NCBI GenBank assembly: GCA_047626725.1
Contig: JBLHSG010000004.1
Span: forward strand, 78,328 to 142,327
DNA from: Ascidiaceihabitans sp.
GTDB taxonomy: Bacteria; Pseudomonadota; Alphaproteobacteria; Rhodobacterales; Rhodobacteraceae
DNA length: 64,000 nt
Direction of reading: 5' to 3'
The notes beneath the pieces were generated by a model. That model made no database searches, was not told the DNA's origin, and worked only from the letters and a program-made list of their open reading frames with translations. Both the position numbers and the translations under genes were made by a program. Below are positions 40,131 to 51,735 of this stretch, piece by piece (the stretch's first letter is position 1; every line of letters starts with the position of its first letter).

Positions 40131-42385
40131 TAGCCCACCTGACACGCTGCCAAAACGGCCATATTCAGAATGTCATTCGCAGTCGAGCTGGTCGAACACA
40201 CTTGGATTGATCCATCGACACCAGACAGGATCGGACCAATCACCGTTGCCCCACCCATTTCCTGCATCAATTTCACAGAAATACTGGCCGAGTGACGTGC
40301 TGGAACAACCAGAATATTCGCAGGTCCGGTCAAACGTGAAAACGGATACTGGCCTTGGGCTTTTTCATTCAGGGCAACGTCGACTGTCATCTCGCCTTCG
40401 TATTCGAAATCAACGCCACGCTGGTCAAGAACCTTAGGCGCAAGATGCATTTTTTCCGCCCGCTCGGACACTGGGTACCCGAATGTCGAAAAGCTAACAA
40501 ACGCCACGCGCGGCTCTAGCCCCATATCGCGCGCAACAACGGCGGCGCGTTCAGCAATGTTGGCAAGATCATGTTCGTCCGGCCATTCGTGCACCAGCGT
40601 ATCGGCCATAAATACGATCCGACCTTTGTGAAGCAACGCAGTAATCCCCGCCGCGCCATTCGCAGTATCCGCATCAAACACGTGATTGATGCGTTCCAAA
40701 ACATGCGCAGATTTGCGGGTCACGCCAGTTACCAAACCATCGCCATGACCATGCGCCAACATCAATGCGGAAAACACGTGACGGTCACGCGCGGCAAGGC
40801 GATGAATGTCAGCACGATCAAAACCTTTGCGTTGCAGGCGATCGTATAGGAACGACTTATAAGTCTCTAAATGGGTAGTATTGGCCGCATTCACAACTTC
40901 AAGCTCTCGCACAGCGTCGCCAAGGCCGGCTTCTTCCAGCTTTTCTTTAACGTCTGCTTGGCGCCCGACAACAAGCGCTTTGCCCAGACCGGACCGCTGA
41001 TACATCACAGCCGCGCGCAGAACACGAGGATCATCACCTTCGGCAAAAATCATTCGCGCTTGGGCTGAACGTGCGCGTGTATTTAGGCCATGCAAAATGC
41101 TCGCTGTTGGGTCCATTCGCGATTTCAGCGACATCTCGTACGCTTCCATATCGATGATCGGACGGCGGGCGGCACCAGTGTCCATACCTGCGCGCGCGAC
41201 AGCTGGCGGGATACGGTGAATCAGGCGCGGGTCAAACGGCGTTGGGATAATGTAATCGCGACCAAACGTCAGATTCTTACCATACGCCAAGGCCACCTCA
41301 TCAGGCACATCTTCGCGCGCTAGGTTTGCCAACGCGTGGGCACAAGCGATCTTCATTTCGTCGTTGATCGCACGCGCGTTGATGTCTAGCGCGCCGCGAA
41401 ACAGGTAGGGGAAGCCCAAAACGTTGTTCACTTGGTTCGGATAATCGCTTCGCCCAGTGGCGACGATTGCGTCCATGCGGACTTCGTGCGCTTCTTCGGG
41501 TGTGATTTCGGGATCGGGGTTCGCCATCGCAAAGATAACCGGATTATCAGCCATGCTGGCAACCATCGCCGGGGTCACGGCACCTTTGGCCGACACGCCA
41601 AGAAACACGTCGCAGCCTTTCATCGCATCGTCCAATGTGCGCGCTTCGGTTTTTACGGCATGCGCAGATTTCCATTGGTTCATACCTTCGCTACGGCCCT
41701 GATAAATCACGCCTTTGGTGTCGCACATAATGCAATTGTCGTAACGCGCGCCCATAGATTTAAGCAGTTCAAGACAGGCAATGCCCGCAGCACCGGCGCC
41801 ATTCAGCACGATTTTAACGTCTTCGATCTTTTTATTCGACAGATGTAGCGCATTGATCAAACCGGCCGCACAAATAACCGCGGTACCGTGTTGGTCATCG
41901 TGAAAGACCGGAATGTCCATTTCCTCTTTCAAACGCTGCTCGATGATAAAGCACTCAGGCGCCTTGATATCCTCGAGGTTAATGCCGCCAAATGTCGGGC
42001 CCATCAGGCGCACAGCCTTGCAAAATTCATCAGGATCTTCGGTGTCGAGTTCGATGTCGATACTGTTTACGTCAGCAAAGCGTTTGAACAAAACGGCCTT
42101 GCCCTCCATGACTGGTTTCGATCCTAATGCGCCCAAATTGCCCAAACCAAGTACCGCGGTACCGTTCGAAATGACCGCGACCAAGTTGCCTTTGTTGGTG
42201 TAATCATACGCCAGTTCCGGGTTCTCGGCGATCGCGAGACACGGGACAGCAACACCAGGCGAATACGCCAGCGACAAATCGCGTTGCGTGTTCATTGGCA
42301 CAGTCGCCGTTATCTCGAATTTACCGGGCGTCGGCTCGAGGTGAAAGGCGAGCGCGTCTTCATCGGTAACTTTGGTATTGGACAT
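40130..42385 (-). CDS. maeB: NADP-dependent malic enzyme with a PTA-like C-terminal domain
   Basis: LSLAYSPGVA, PVMEGK, INLEDI, FHDDQHGTA, NGAGAAG, ATGRSDYPNQVNN, FAEGDDPRV. Confidence 0.97.
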   Translation of the reverse strand: MSNTKVTDEDALAFHLEPTPGKFEITATVPMNTQRDLSLAYSPGVAVPCLAIAENPELAYDYTNKGNLVAVISNGTAVLGLGNLGALGSKPVMEGKAVLFKRFADVNSIDIELDTEDPDEFCKAVRLMGPTFGGINLEDIKAPECFIIEQRLKEEMDIPVFHDDQHGTAVICAAGLINALHLSNKKIEDVKIVLNGAGAAGIACLELLKSMGARYDNCIMCDTKGVIYQGRSEGMNQWKSAHAVKTEARTLDDAMKGCDVFLGVSAKGAVTPAMVASMADNPVIFAMANPDPEITPEEAHEVRMDAIVATGRSDYPNQVNNVLGFPYLFRGALDINARAINDEMKIACAHALANLAREDVPDEVALAYGKNLTFGRDYIIPTPFDPRLIHRIPPAVARAGMDTGAARRPIIDMEAYEMSLKSRMDPTASILHGLNTRARSAQARMIFAEGDDPRVLRAAVMYQRSGLGKALVVGRQADVKEKLEEAGLGDAVRELEVVNAANTTHLETYKSFLYDRLQRKGFDRADIHRLAARDRHVFSALMLAHGHGDGLVTGVTRKSAHVLERINHVFDADTANGAAGITALLHKGRIVFMADTLVHEWPDEHDLANIAERAAVVARDMGLEPRVAFVSFSTFGYPVSERAEKMHLAPKVLDQRGVDFEYEGEMTVDVALNEKAQGQYPFSRLTGPANILVVPARHSASISVKLMQEMGGATVIGPILSGVDGSIQVCSTSSTANDILNMAVLAACQVG

Positions 42386-42518
42386 GGCGATATTTTCCCT
42401 TTGTGCGTCCAAGCCTCTTAGCTCTTTGTTCACCTTGTCTCAACCGTCATGCGGTTTGTGGGTTTAAGTGCCGCGCCCCACTTTGTAAGGTTTTATGGAA
42501 TTTACCGGGGGATATTCC

Positions 42519-45149
42519 ATGACCGTCACGCCCATGATGGCGCAATATCTCGAAATCAAAGCCGCGCATCCCGATGCGTTGCTGTTTTACCGTATGGGTG
42601 ATTTCTACGAGATGTTCTTTGATGACGCAGTGAATGCTGCTGAGGCCTTGGATATCGCACTGACAAAACGCGGTAAACACGATGGTGCGGATATCCCGAT
42701 GTGTGGTGTTCCCGTTCATGCGGCCGAAGGGTATTTGCTAACTCTGATCCGCAAAGGGTTTCGTGTTGGTGTTTGCGAGCAATTGGAAACCCCTGCAGAA
42801 GCGAAAAAGCGTGGTGGTAAAACGATCGTAAAACGGGACGTCGTGCGTTTGGTCACCCCCGGCACATTGACAGAAGACAGCTTGCTAGAAGCGCGGCGTC
42901 ACAATTACCTAGCCGCCTTTGCCGAAGTTCGTGATCAGGCAGCGCTGGCTTGGGTCGACATATCGACTGGTGCGTTTCATGTGATGAAGGCGAACAGAAC
43001 CAGATTAGGTCCGGAATTGGCTAGGCTGGCTCCGTCCGAGTTGGTCGTTTCCGAGGCGCAGGAGCACGAATTAGGCCAATTAGTCTCTGATTTTTCGATT
43101 CCAGTGACCGGTTTGTCACGCGCATCTTTTGATAGCACATCTGGCGAAAAGCGGATTTGCGACTTGTTTGGTGTCAGCACGCTAGACGCCTATGGCACCT
43201 TTGATCGGGGTGAGGTCGCGGCCATGGGTGCGATCATTGAATACCTCCACCTAACGCAAAAGGGCAAACTGCCGCTGATGCAACCACCGCGGCAGGAAAC
43301 GCATTTGCGGTCCGTGCAAATCGATGCTGCCACACGTCGTAATTTGGAACTAAGCCAAGCACTGTCTGGCGGGCGTGCCGGATCGCTGCTGTCTGTCATT
43401 GATCAGACTGTAACGTCGGGTGGCGCGCGATTGTTAGAACGCCGTTTGGCGGGTCCATCACGCGTATTAGAGACGATTCATGATCGTTTAGACGCAGTTT
43501 CGCATGCCTGCGAAAACAATCGAATGACCGAGGAGCTGCGCGGCCAATTGCGCAAAGTTCCAGATCTTGATCGCGCCCTGTCCCGGCTCTCCTTGGATCG
43601 AGGAGGTCCGCGTGATTTGACGGCCATTCGCAATGGATTGGCAGAGGCAGCACTCATCGCGCAAAACGGGATGGGCGATGCACCGTCATTGCTAAGCTCG
43701 GCCTTGAACGATTTGACGGGTCACGATGACCTTATTGATCTGCTCGATCAAGCGTTGGTTGCCGAGCCACCACTTTTGGCCAGAGACGGTGGATTTATTG
43801 CGCCGCAGTACGAAACAGAATTGGACGAGGCGCGTCAGTTGCGGGACGAAGGACGTAGCGTTATCGCCAAAATGCAGCAAGAATTCGTCTCTATTACAGG
43901 AATTTCGACCCTAAAGATCAAACACAACAACGTCCTTGGCTATTTCATTGAAACAACAGCGACACACGCCGACAAGATGTTGTCGACGCCGCTAAATGAG
44001 ACATTCATTCACCGCCAGACGACTGCAAATCAGGTGCGCTTTACCACTGTTGAATTGTCGGAAATGGAAACCAAAATCCTGAACGCAGGCAATCACGCGC
44101 TGGAGATTGAAAAACGGCTCTATGAGAGCCTAAAGCGTGCAATTTTGGGTCAAGCGCCGTTGATCAACCAAACGTCACGCGCGTTGGCGGAAATCGATTT
44201 GGCGACCTCGCTTGCGCATCTGGCCCGCGCCCAAGACTGGTGCAAACCCAAAGTCGATGACAGTCGCGCGTTTGATATCGTTGGCGGACGCCATCCTGTC
44301 GTCGAAAAGGCGCTGCGCGACCAATCGGGGCAACCATTCATCGCAAATGACTGTAACCTTAGCGCAGATGAAACTGCGAACATCTGGTTGCTGACCGGTC
44401 CCAACATGGCGGGTAAATCGACGTTTCTACGCCAGAACGCACTGATCGCTCTGCTTGCTCAGATGGGCAGCTACGTTCCTGCCACGTCCGCGCACATCGG
44501 CATGATTAGCCAGCTGTTCAGTCGCGTAGGTGCATCAGACGATTTGGCCCGCGGTAGATCAACATTCATGGTCGAGATGGTGGAAACTGCCGCGATCCTT
44601 AATCAAGCTGACGAACATGCGCTAGTAATACTGGATGAAATCGGACGCGGCACGGCGACGTACGATGGCTTGTCGATCGCTTGGGCGACGCTTGAACACC
44701 TGCACGATGTCAACAAATCGCGCGCGTTGTTTGCGACGCACTATCACGAAATGACCGCGTTGTCGGCCAAGCTAGAAGGCGTTGATAACGCGACTGTCGC
44801 CGTCAAGGAATGGGACAACGAGATCGTATTCCTGCATGAAGTCCACAAAGGTGCTGCGGATCGGTCTTATGGCGTGCAGGTCGCGCAATTGGCTGGTTTG
44901 CCCGAAGCTGTGATTGCGCGGGCGCGAGTGGTTTTGGAAGCCTTGGAAAAAGGTGAGCGCGAAGGCGGCGTGGCGCAAAAGACATTGATCGATGATCTGC
45001 CGCTGTTTTCTGCCACGCCTGCCCCGCTGCCTGTCAAAATTCAGGAATCGCCGGCGATGGATTTGCTGGATGGCATCCTTCCGGACGAATTGACCCCACG
45101 CCAAGCGCTAGACCTGATGTACAAACTAAAAGAGGCGGCCAAAATCTGA
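42519..45149 (+). CDS. mutS: DNA mismatch repair protein MutS
   Basis: TPMMAQY, FYRMGDFYEMF, TGPNMAGKSTF, STFMVEM, LDEIGRGT, FATHYHE, DRSYG. Confidence 0.99.
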   Translation: MTVTPMMAQYLEIKAAHPDALLFYRMGDFYEMFFDDAVNAAEALDIALTKRGKHDGADIPMCGVPVHAAEGYLLTLIRKGFRVGVCEQLETPAEAKKRGGKTIVKRDVVRLVTPGTLTEDSLLEARRHNYLAAFAEVRDQAALAWVDISTGAFHVMKANRTRLGPELARLAPSELVVSEAQEHELGQLVSDFSIPVTGLSRASFDSTSGEKRICDLFGVSTLDAYGTFDRGEVAAMGAIIEYLHLTQKGKLPLMQPPRQETHLRSVQIDAATRRNLELSQALSGGRAGSLLSVIDQTVTSGGARLLERRLAGPSRVLETIHDRLDAVSHACENNRMTEELRGQLRKVPDLDRALSRLSLDRGGPRDLTAIRNGLAEAALIAQNGMGDAPSLLSSALNDLTGHDDLIDLLDQALVAEPPLLARDGGFIAPQYETELDEARQLRDEGRSVIAKMQQEFVSITGISTLKIKHNNVLGYFIETTATHADKMLSTPLNETFIHRQTTANQVRFTTVELSEMETKILNAGNHALEIEKRLYESLKRAILGQAPLINQTSRALAEIDLATSLAHLARAQDWCKPKVDDSRAFDIVGGRHPVVEKALRDQSGQPFIANDCNLSADETANIWLLTGPNMAGKSTFLRQNALIALLAQMGSYVPATSAHIGMISQLFSRVGASDDLARGRSTFMVEMVETAAILNQADEHALVILDEIGRGTATYDGLSIAWATLEHLHDVNKSRALFATHYHEMTALSAKLEGVDNATVAVKEWDNEIVFLHEVHKGAADRSYGVQVAQLAGLPEAVIARARVVLEALEKGEREGGVAQKTLIDDLPLFSATPAPLPVKIQESPAMDLLDGILPDELTPRQALDLMYKLKEAAKI

Positions 45150-45179
45150 CCGCCTCCGTTAGAAAAACTGTAACAGTTT

Positions 45180-45743
45180 TTAGCTTTTTGGCATCGATGA
45201 CACGCCAACCTGCGCAGGGCGCAACAGACGATCATGCAACATGAAACCTTCTGCCGCGACTTGAATAATATCGCCTGCTTGGGTGTCAGGAACCGGGGCC
45301 TCGAACATCGCTTGGTGCATTTGCGGGTCGAATTTCTCACCAACCACTGGCGCGATAACGACGATACCGTGCTTGCCAAAAACGCTAACCAATTCGCGCA
45401 TCGTCAGCTCGATACCCTCTAACAAGGGGCCAGCAACGGCGCGCTGTTCATCGGTGATGGTTTCGAGCGCACGTTTCATGTTGTCGTAAACCGGCAGCAT
45501 ATCGCGCGCCAATTTTGATCCGCCATAATTTTCGGCCTCACGACGATCCTTATCCGACCGCTTACGTGCATTTTCAGCATCGGCAAGCGCGCGCATAAAG
45601 CGGTCTTTTAGCTCATCGCGTTCGGCGCGGACTGTATCCAGTTCCAGCGCTTCGTCGTCGATTTCCATCATGTCATCGGCGTATTCTTCTGCCTCTGCAT
45701 TTGCGAGGTCATCCAGAAAGTCATTGTTCTCTTGGTCAGCCAT
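45180..45743 (-). CDS. grpE: Nucleotide exchange factor GrpE
   Basis: RALADAENARKR, LLPVYDN, FDPQMHQA, RLLRPAQV. Confidence 0.96.
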   Translation of the reverse strand: MADQENNDFLDDLANAEAEEYADDMMEIDDEALELDTVRAERDELKDRFMRALADAENARKRSDKDRREAENYGGSKLARDMLPVYDNMKRALETITDEQRAVAGPLLEGIELTMRELVSVFGKHGIVVIAPVVGEKFDPQMHQAMFEAPVPDTQAGDIIQVAAEGFMLHDRLLRPAQVGVSSMPKS

Positions 45744-45752
45744 TCTTCACCT

Positions 45753-46820
45753 CTAACTCCGGTTCGACAACATTTTGCCAACCAGTTGCGCCGTGTAATC
45801 AACGATCGGCACGATACGTCCATAATTCAGCCGCGTCGGACCAATGACGCCAACTGCGCCAATGATCTTGCGATCAGCGTTCATATAAGGGGAAACGACC
45901 AAAGAGGAACCCGAAAGTGAAAAAAGTTTGTTCTCAGAACCAATAAAAATGCGCACACCGTCGCCACCCTCGGTCAATTCAAGGAATTCCGAGATATCAC
46001 GTTTGCGTTCGAGGTCGTCAAACAGGGTTCTGATGCGGTCCAAATCGGCATCTTCTGTCGCTGATTCCAACAAATTTGAACGGCCACGCACGATCAAACG
46101 CTCAGAATGTTCGCCCTCGTCGGCCCAAACGGCCAACCCGTCTTCGACCAAGGCGCGCGCGAGCACATCAATTTCCTGACGGCGCCGCGAAATTTCAGAT
46201 TGGATAACGCCACGTACATCAGACAGCGTGCGTCCCTCGATCAAGGAATTCAGAAAATTGGCCGCTTCGCGCATCGAACTGGGGGTTTGCCCCGGCGGCG
46301 GCGTGAACAATCGGTTTTCGACGTGACCATCTGCAAACACCAAAACCACCAAGGCACGATCAGCCGCCAAAGATACAAATTCGATGTGCTTTATCGGGGC
46401 TTCGTGTTTTGGCGTCAAAACCAAGGACGCGCCATGCGTCACCCCGGACAATGCGGATCCAACCCGATCCAACAATCCACCCACATCGCTTTCGTTTCGG
46501 CCAAGCGTCGCGTCAATCTTTTCACGGTCCGTGTCGTCAGGCACGCCGACTTCCATCAAACCATCTACGAACATCCGCAAACCCGCCTGCGTCGGAATAC
46601 GCCCCGCGCTGACATGGGGACTGTCCAAAAGGCCCATGTATTCTAGATCCTGCATCACGTTCCGGATCGTAGCCGCGCTGACCTTTTCGCTGAAATCACG
46701 GGTCAACGTGCGCGACCCAACCGGATCACCGTTTTCCAAATACCCCTCGACCACGCGGCGAAACACCTCGCGCGAGCGGTCATTCATCTGTTCCAAGGTG
46801 CTGGGTATCTCTGACATCAT
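45753..46820 (-). CDS. hrcA: Heat-inducible transcription repressor
   Basis: PVGSRTL, SAATIRNVMQDLE, PHVSAGRIPT, IGVIGPTRLNY-type C-terminus (VGVIGPTRLNY). Confidence 0.96.
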   Translation of the reverse strand: MMSEIPSTLEQMNDRSREVFRRVVEGYLENGDPVGSRTLTRDFSEKVSAATIRNVMQDLEYMGLLDSPHVSAGRIPTQAGLRMFVDGLMEVGVPDDTDREKIDATLGRNESDVGGLLDRVGSALSGVTHGASLVLTPKHEAPIKHIEFVSLAADRALVVLVFADGHVENRLFTPPPGQTPSSMREAANFLNSLIEGRTLSDVRGVIQSEISRRRQEIDVLARALVEDGLAVWADEGEHSERLIVRGRSNLLESATEDADLDRIRTLFDDLERKRDISEFLELTEGGDGVRIFIGSENKLFSLSGSSLVVSPYMNADRKIIGAVGVIGPTRLNYGRIVPIVDYTAQLVGKMLSNRS

Positions 46821-46932
46821 CGAGTTCCTAAGGTTATACGCACTAGATGGCCTCGCCAAACAAAGGTCAATCAGGGTTGCATCAATACAGGGTTGGGCGG
46901 TATCTCACGTTTGAACCGAAAAAGGATATCTC

Positions 46933-47646
46933 ATGCGACCTTCAGGACGTGCTCTAGACCAAATGCGCGAAGTTTCGATTGAAACTGGATTTACCAAACA
47001 CGCCGAAGGGTCCGCCCTGATCAAAATGGGCGACACGCATGTCCTGTGTACTGCATCGATTGAACCGCGCGTACCATCGTTTATCAAAGGCTCTGGCCTA
47101 GGTTGGGTGACCGCGGAATACGGCATGCTGCCACGCGCCACGAACACCCGCATGCGTCGCGAGGCGGCATCGGGCAAGCAAGGCGGCCGCACAGTTGAAA
47201 TTCAACGTCTGATCGGGCGTTCTTTGCGCGCTGGCGTTGATCGCGTCGCCTTGGGTGAACGCCAGATCACGATCGATTGCGACGTGCTGCAGGCAGATGG
47301 TGGCACGCGGTGTGCATCAATTACCGGTGGCTGGATCGCGCTGCGTTTGGCTGTGAACAAACTGATGAAAGCCGGCGATGTGATCAGTGATCCGTTGGTT
47401 GATCCCGTTGCCGCGATCAGCTGTGGGATCTACGCAGGTCAGCCCGTGCTTGATCTGGATTATCCTGAGGATTCAGAAGCTGGCGTTGACGGCAATTTCA
47501 TTATGACCGGATCAAAGAAACTGATCGAAGTCCAGATGAGCGCCGAAGGTTCAGTATTTTCCCGCGACCAAATGAACCAGTTGATGGACCTGGCCGAAAA
47601 AGGCGTAGGCGAATTGGTTGAGGCCGCAAAAGCAGCAACAACATGA
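46933..47646 (+). CDS. rph: Ribonuclease PH
   Basis: [47 protein letters not shown]. Confidence 0.98.
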   Translation: MRPSGRALDQMREVSIETGFTKHAEGSALIKMGDTHVLCTASIEPRVPSFIKGSGLGWVTAEYGMLPRATNTRMRREAASGKQGGRTVEIQRLIGRSLRAGVDRVALGERQITIDCDVLQADGGTRCASITGGWIALRLAVNKLMKAGDVISDPLVDPVAAISCGIYAGQPVLDLDYPEDSEAGVDGNFIMTGSKKLIEVQMSAEGSVFSRDQMNQLMDLAEKGVGELVEAAKAATT

Positions 47647-48254
47647 GCCGCAAGTTCACCGAAAACAGCATTTTGATTGCGACGCACAACGCAGGAAAAC
47701 TCAAAGAAATGGGCGAACTTTTTGCCCCTTTTAACGTGTCCGTTGTTGGCGCCGCTGAAATGAAACTGGACGAACCTGAAGAAACTGAAACCACTTTTGT
47801 AGGCAACGCACGCATCAAGGCGCATGCCGCGGTAAAGGCGACTGGCCTTCCTGCCCTGTCTGATGATTCAGGTATTATTGTTGATGGTTTGGATGGCGCA
47901 CCGGGTGTCTACACCGCTGATTGGGCTGAAACGCCAAATGGTCGGGACTTCATCATGGCGATGACCAAAACCCATAACCTGTTAGAAGAACGCGCCGCGC
48001 CGCATCCACGGACTGCGCGGTTCTGTTCAACGTTGGTTCTGGCCTGGCCTGATGGACACGACGAAGTATTCGAAGGCAAAGTCGAAGGCGCGTTGGTTTG
48101 GCCAATGCGCGGACAACAGGGGCATGGTTACGATCCTATGTTTGTCCCATCTGGGTTTGATCTGACGTTCGCGGAAATGACACATGATGCCAAAAACGAA
48201 ATTAGCCATCGCGCTGATGCGTTCAAAAAACTGATTGCAGGTTGTTTTGGCTGA
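47643..48254 (+). CDS. rdgB: dITP/XTP pyrophosphatase
   Basis: [32 protein letters not shown]. Confidence 0.95.
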   Translation: MSRKFTENSILIATHNAGKLKEMGELFAPFNVSVVGAAEMKLDEPEETETTFVGNARIKAHAAVKATGLPALSDDSGIIVDGLDGAPGVYTADWAETPNGRDFIMAMTKTHNLLEERAAPHPRTARFCSTLVLAWPDGHDEVFEGKVEGALVWPMRGQQGHGYDPMFVPSGFDLTFAEMTHDAKNEISHRADAFKKLIAGCFG

Positions 48255-49404
48255 AGATTGGCAACAGGGCGGCTTTGGCCTGTATATTCACTGGCCGTTT
48301 TGTGCTGCTAAATGCCCCTACTGCGACTTTAACAGCCATGTGTCCCGTCAGATTGACCACGATGAATGGCGCAAAGCATATTTGTTAGAACTCGCCCGCG
48401 CTGCATCAGAAACCGAAGGGCGGGTGTTACATTCTGTGTTCTTTGGCGGCGGCACACCTAGCTTGATGGATCCCGATGTTGTTGGCGATATTATCGCTGC
48501 GATCAAAACCCACTGGCCGACAGCCAACGATATGGAAATCACTCTGGAGGCCAACCCGGGGTCAGTCGAGGCCGGGCGGTTTGCTGCATTTCGCGATGCC
48601 GGCATCAACAGAATATCCATGGGCGTCCAAGCGTTAAACGACGAAGATTTGCGGCGTCTAGGTCGAATTCATACCGCAGCCGAAGCCCGCGCCGCGTTTG
48701 ACATTGCACGCAGCACTTTTGATCGCGTCAGTTTTGATTTGATCTACGGGCGACAAAAACAAACATTATCCGATTGGGAAGTTGAGCTAAAACAGGCTCT
48801 AAATATGGCAATAGACCATCTTTCTTTGTACCAGTTGACCATTGAACAAGGCACGGCATTTGGGGACAGATACAACGCCGGAAAGCTTGGCGGCCTCCCA
48901 ACTGACGATCTGGGTGCCGACATGTACGAAACAACACAGGACATTTGTGGCGCTGCCGGAATGCCGGCGTACGAGGTGTCCAATCATGCGCGCGACGGTG
49001 CCCAGTCACGGCACAATCTGATCTACTGGCGTTATGGTGATTATGTCGGAATTGGCCCAGGTGCACACGGACGGTTGACCAAAAATGGCCAACGAACCGC
49101 GACAGAAGCATTCAGCAACCCGAAAAAGTGGCTCGAGCAAGCAATGACCGGTACGGCAGAAAGGCCGCGCGAACACTTAAGTGTGGAAGATCAAGCTAGC
49201 GAGTTACTCCTCATGGGCCTGCGCCTAAAAGAAGGTATTTCAATTAGCCGATATGAAGCACTCGCGAACAAGCCGATCAATCAGGACGCGCTAGAAGAAC
49301 TGTCTGAACTGGACTTGATTTTAGCGTCTGGCGATAGGTTAATCGTTAAAGATCAAGGATTTATGGTCTTGAACGGTGTTTTACGTAAGCTGCTCGAAGC
49401 CTAA
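48247..49404 (+). CDS. hemW: Radical-SAM heme chaperone HemW (HemN-like)
   Basis: YIHWPFCAAKCPYCDF, FFGGGTPS, EITLEANP, HLSLYQLTIE, YEVSN; TTG start approximate. Confidence 0.92.
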   Translation: MAEDWQQGGFGLYIHWPFCAAKCPYCDFNSHVSRQIDHDEWRKAYLLELARAASETEGRVLHSVFFGGGTPSLMDPDVVGDIIAAIKTHWPTANDMEITLEANPGSVEAGRFAAFRDAGINRISMGVQALNDEDLRRLGRIHTAAEARAAFDIARSTFDRVSFDLIYGRQKQTLSDWEVELKQALNMAIDHLSLYQLTIEQGTAFGDRYNAGKLGGLPTDDLGADMYETTQDICGAAGMPAYEVSNHARDGAQSRHNLIYWRYGDYVGIGPGAHGRLTKNGQRTATEAFSNPKKWLEQAMTGTAERPREHLSVEDQASELLLMGLRLKEGISISRYEALANKPINQDALEELSELDLILASGDRLIVKDQGFMVLNGVLRKLLEA

Positions 49405-50306
49405 ACACCGCCCAGTTTGCGGCACAGTTCGTCCAAGTCATCTAACGTGTTATAAGCAATCACCATTTGCCCAGCTTCCGCGCCAGTCTTGTGGTTTAAA
49501 ACAACTTTCATACCCAAACCAGCTGATAGATCACCTTCAAGCGCTTTGGTATCTGCGTCTTTGTCTGATTTAGTCGACTTTTTCTTACCCTCACCAAAGA
49601 TGTTGGTGTCAGAACTGCTATCCTGTTCCTTTTTCACCAACGCCTCAGTCGCGCGAACGCTTAATCCGTCTCGAACAACCTGCTTGGCCAGCTCGGATGG
49701 ATTGCTTGCAGTAATCAAAGCCCGGGCGTGCCCTGCGCTCAAGTCACCTTGGCGCACAAGTTCAACAACATCAGTTGGCAAATTCAACAAGCGAAGCAAG
49801 TTCGCGATATGACTGCGGCTTTTGCCGAGCGCTTCAGCCATTTTTTCCTGAGTGTGTCCGAATTTATCCATCAATTGACGGTAACCAGCGGCTTCTTCGA
49901 TCGGGTTTAAATCAGCACGCTGGATGTTTTCGATAATCGCAACTTCGAGCACTTCTGTGTCCGAAAACTGGCGGACAACAACAGGAAGTTTGTGCAAATT
50001 CGCGATCTGCGCAGCACGCCAGCGTCGTTCACCAGCGACGATTTCAAACGCATTTGGTCCGGTTTCGCGAACAATAAGGGGCTGAATAACGCCTTTTTCT
50101 TTGATCGAGGCCGCCAAATCATCCAAATTCGCCTGATCAAACAATTTTCGAGGCTGGTCAGGATTTGGCGTGATCTGTTCGATGGGCACGAATCGTTCGG
50201 CTGCAACCACACCAGTTTGCACAACGGTTTCAGTCTCTGCAACATCAGCCATCAAAGCAGACAATCCGCGACCTAAGCCCCGTTTTCTATCTTTTTTCAC
50301 TGCCAT
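49401..50306 (-). CDS. parB: Chromosome partitioning protein ParB
   Basis: GLGRGLSAL, NPDQPRK, GVIQPL, AGERRWRA (CTP-binding), IENIQR.DLNPIEEA, HTH. Confidence 0.97.
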   Translation of the reverse strand: MAVKKDRKRGLGRGLSALMADVAETETVVQTGVVAAERFVPIEQITPNPDQPRKLFDQANLDDLAASIKEKGVIQPLIVRETGPNAFEIVAGERRWRAAQIANLHKLPVVVRQFSDTEVLEVAIIENIQRADLNPIEEAAGYRQLMDKFGHTQEKMAEALGKSRSHIANLLRLLNLPTDVVELVRQGDLSAGHARALITASNPSELAKQVVRDGLSVRATEALVKKEQDSSSDTNIFGEGKKKSTKSDKDADTKALEGDLSAGLGMKVVLNHKTGAEAGQMVIAYNTLDDLDELCRKLGGV

Positions 50307-50330
50307 TGTTTGCCTCGCTTTCAAGATCAC

Positions 50331-51128
50331 TCAAGTGTTTCTGTTTAGAACTTCTTTGGCTAGCGCACGATACGCCTCCGCCCCTTTGGACGCAGAATCA
50401 TAGGTGAGAACAGGCATCGCATAAGAAGGAGCCTCACTTACCCGAACGTTACGCGGAATCATTGTTTTGAACACCAGTTCGCCCAAATTGTCGCGCGCGT
50501 CCTGCTCGACTTGTTGCGAAAGGTTGTTGCGTTGGTCGTACATTGTCAAAACAACGCCTTCGATCCGTAAATCTTTGTTTCCGCTTTGGCGAACTTCACG
50601 GATCGTCATCATTAGCTGCGACAGCCCTTCGAGAGCAAAAAATTCGCTTTGGAGCGGAACCAGCACCGAATGTGACGCAATCATAGCGTTCACCGTTAAC
50701 AAATTCAGCGAAGGCGGACAGTCGATTAGAACATAATCAAATTCAAACGCATCCATTTGGGTCTGCCGCAACGCATCATGTAAGAGAAAGCTACGCTTTT
50801 CATTCGAAATCAGATCGATGTCAGCGGAGCTTAGATCAACCGTTGCCGGAACAATTGACAGGTTCTCGAGATCGGTAGACCGAATTACGTCTTTTAGATC
50901 AATATCTTCCAACAAAAGCTCATAAGTCGTGTATTCTCGATCATCAAGCTCGATACCGACGCCGGTAGACGCGTTCCCTTGCGGATCAAGGTCGACAATC
51001 AAAACTTTTCGGCCAAGTTCAGCCAACGCGGCAGCCAAATTGATAGTGGTCGTTGTCTTGCCCACACCACCCTTTTGGTTGGCAACTGCGATAATTTTGG
51101 GGCCTTTGGGGCGCGTAGGGTCAGACAC
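50331..51128 (-). CDS. parA: Chromosome partitioning ATPase ParA/Soj
   Basis: ANQKGGVGKTTT, DLDPQGNAS, IDCPPSL, IPRNVRVSEAPS. Confidence 0.97.
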   Translation of the reverse strand: MSDPTRPKGPKIIAVANQKGGVGKTTTTINLAAALAELGRKVLIVDLDPQGNASTGVGIELDDREYTTYELLLEDIDLKDVIRSTDLENLSIVPATVDLSSADIDLISNEKRSFLLHDALRQTQMDAFEFDYVLIDCPPSLNLLTVNAMIASHSVLVPLQSEFFALEGLSQLMMTIREVRQSGNKDLRIEGVVLTMYDQRNNLSQQVEQDARDNLGELVFKTMIPRNVRVSEAPSYAMPVLTYDSASKGAEAYRALAKEVLNRNT

Positions 51129-51735
51129 GGGCAATATCCTTGATCTTTAAGATGACAGCGCCAGGGTTTGTCTGACTTTTATGGTCTTCATATTCAAAAG
51201 ACCAGTTTTCCTGCGCTGACTCCAGTTCTTTTTGCCAAGTTTCGCCTTTAAGAAAGATCGCCGTGCCGTTCTGGGCGCAATGTTGATCCGCGAAAGACAA
51301 CAATCCGTTAAGGTCAGTCAGGGCACGCGCACTCACGACGTCTGCATTCAAAGGTACCATTTCTTCGATCCGCTCGGTGGTGACCTTTGCTTTTAGACCC
51401 AACTCCCGGACAGCCGTGCGTAAAAATGCACACTTGCGCCGATCACTTTCAACCATATGAACCACCGACTCCTGTGCGTGCTGTTTCGCCATAATGCTAA
51501 GGACGATCGCAGGCAGTCCGCCGCCACTTCCTAAGTCAGCCCACAATCCATTAACACCCTGAATGTCAAAAACTTGCGCAGAATCCCAAATATGGCGATC
51601 CCAAATATCATCCATACTAGTTTTCGAGATCAAATTGATACTTGGGTTCCATTTTTTGACCAACCCTACGAAGGCCTCCAATAGATCCATTGTTTCACGT
51701 GAAACATCTGCTTTGAGCCACGATGGCGATATCAT
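51121..51735 (-). CDS. rsmG: 16S rRNA m7G527 methyltransferase
   Basis: [38 protein letters not shown]. Confidence 0.95.
   Translation of the reverse strand: MISPSWLKADVSRETMDLLEAFVGLVKKWNPSINLISKTSMDDIWDRHIWDSAQVFDIQGVNGLWADLGSGGGLPAIVLSIMAKQHAQESVVHMVESDRRKCAFLRTAVRELGLKAKVTTERIEEMVPLNADVVSARALTDLNGLLSFADQHCAQNGTAIFLKGETWQKELESAQENWSFEYEDHKSQTNPGAVILKIKDIARV
51691..51706. other. parS centromere site 1, inside rsmG
   Basis: Perfect palindrome TGTTTCACGTGAAACA. Confidence 0.93.

Noticed and set aside
45744-46932. CIRCE operator near hrcA/grpE
   Set aside because: No TTAGCACTC-N9-GAGTGCTAA found by eye in these intergenic segments
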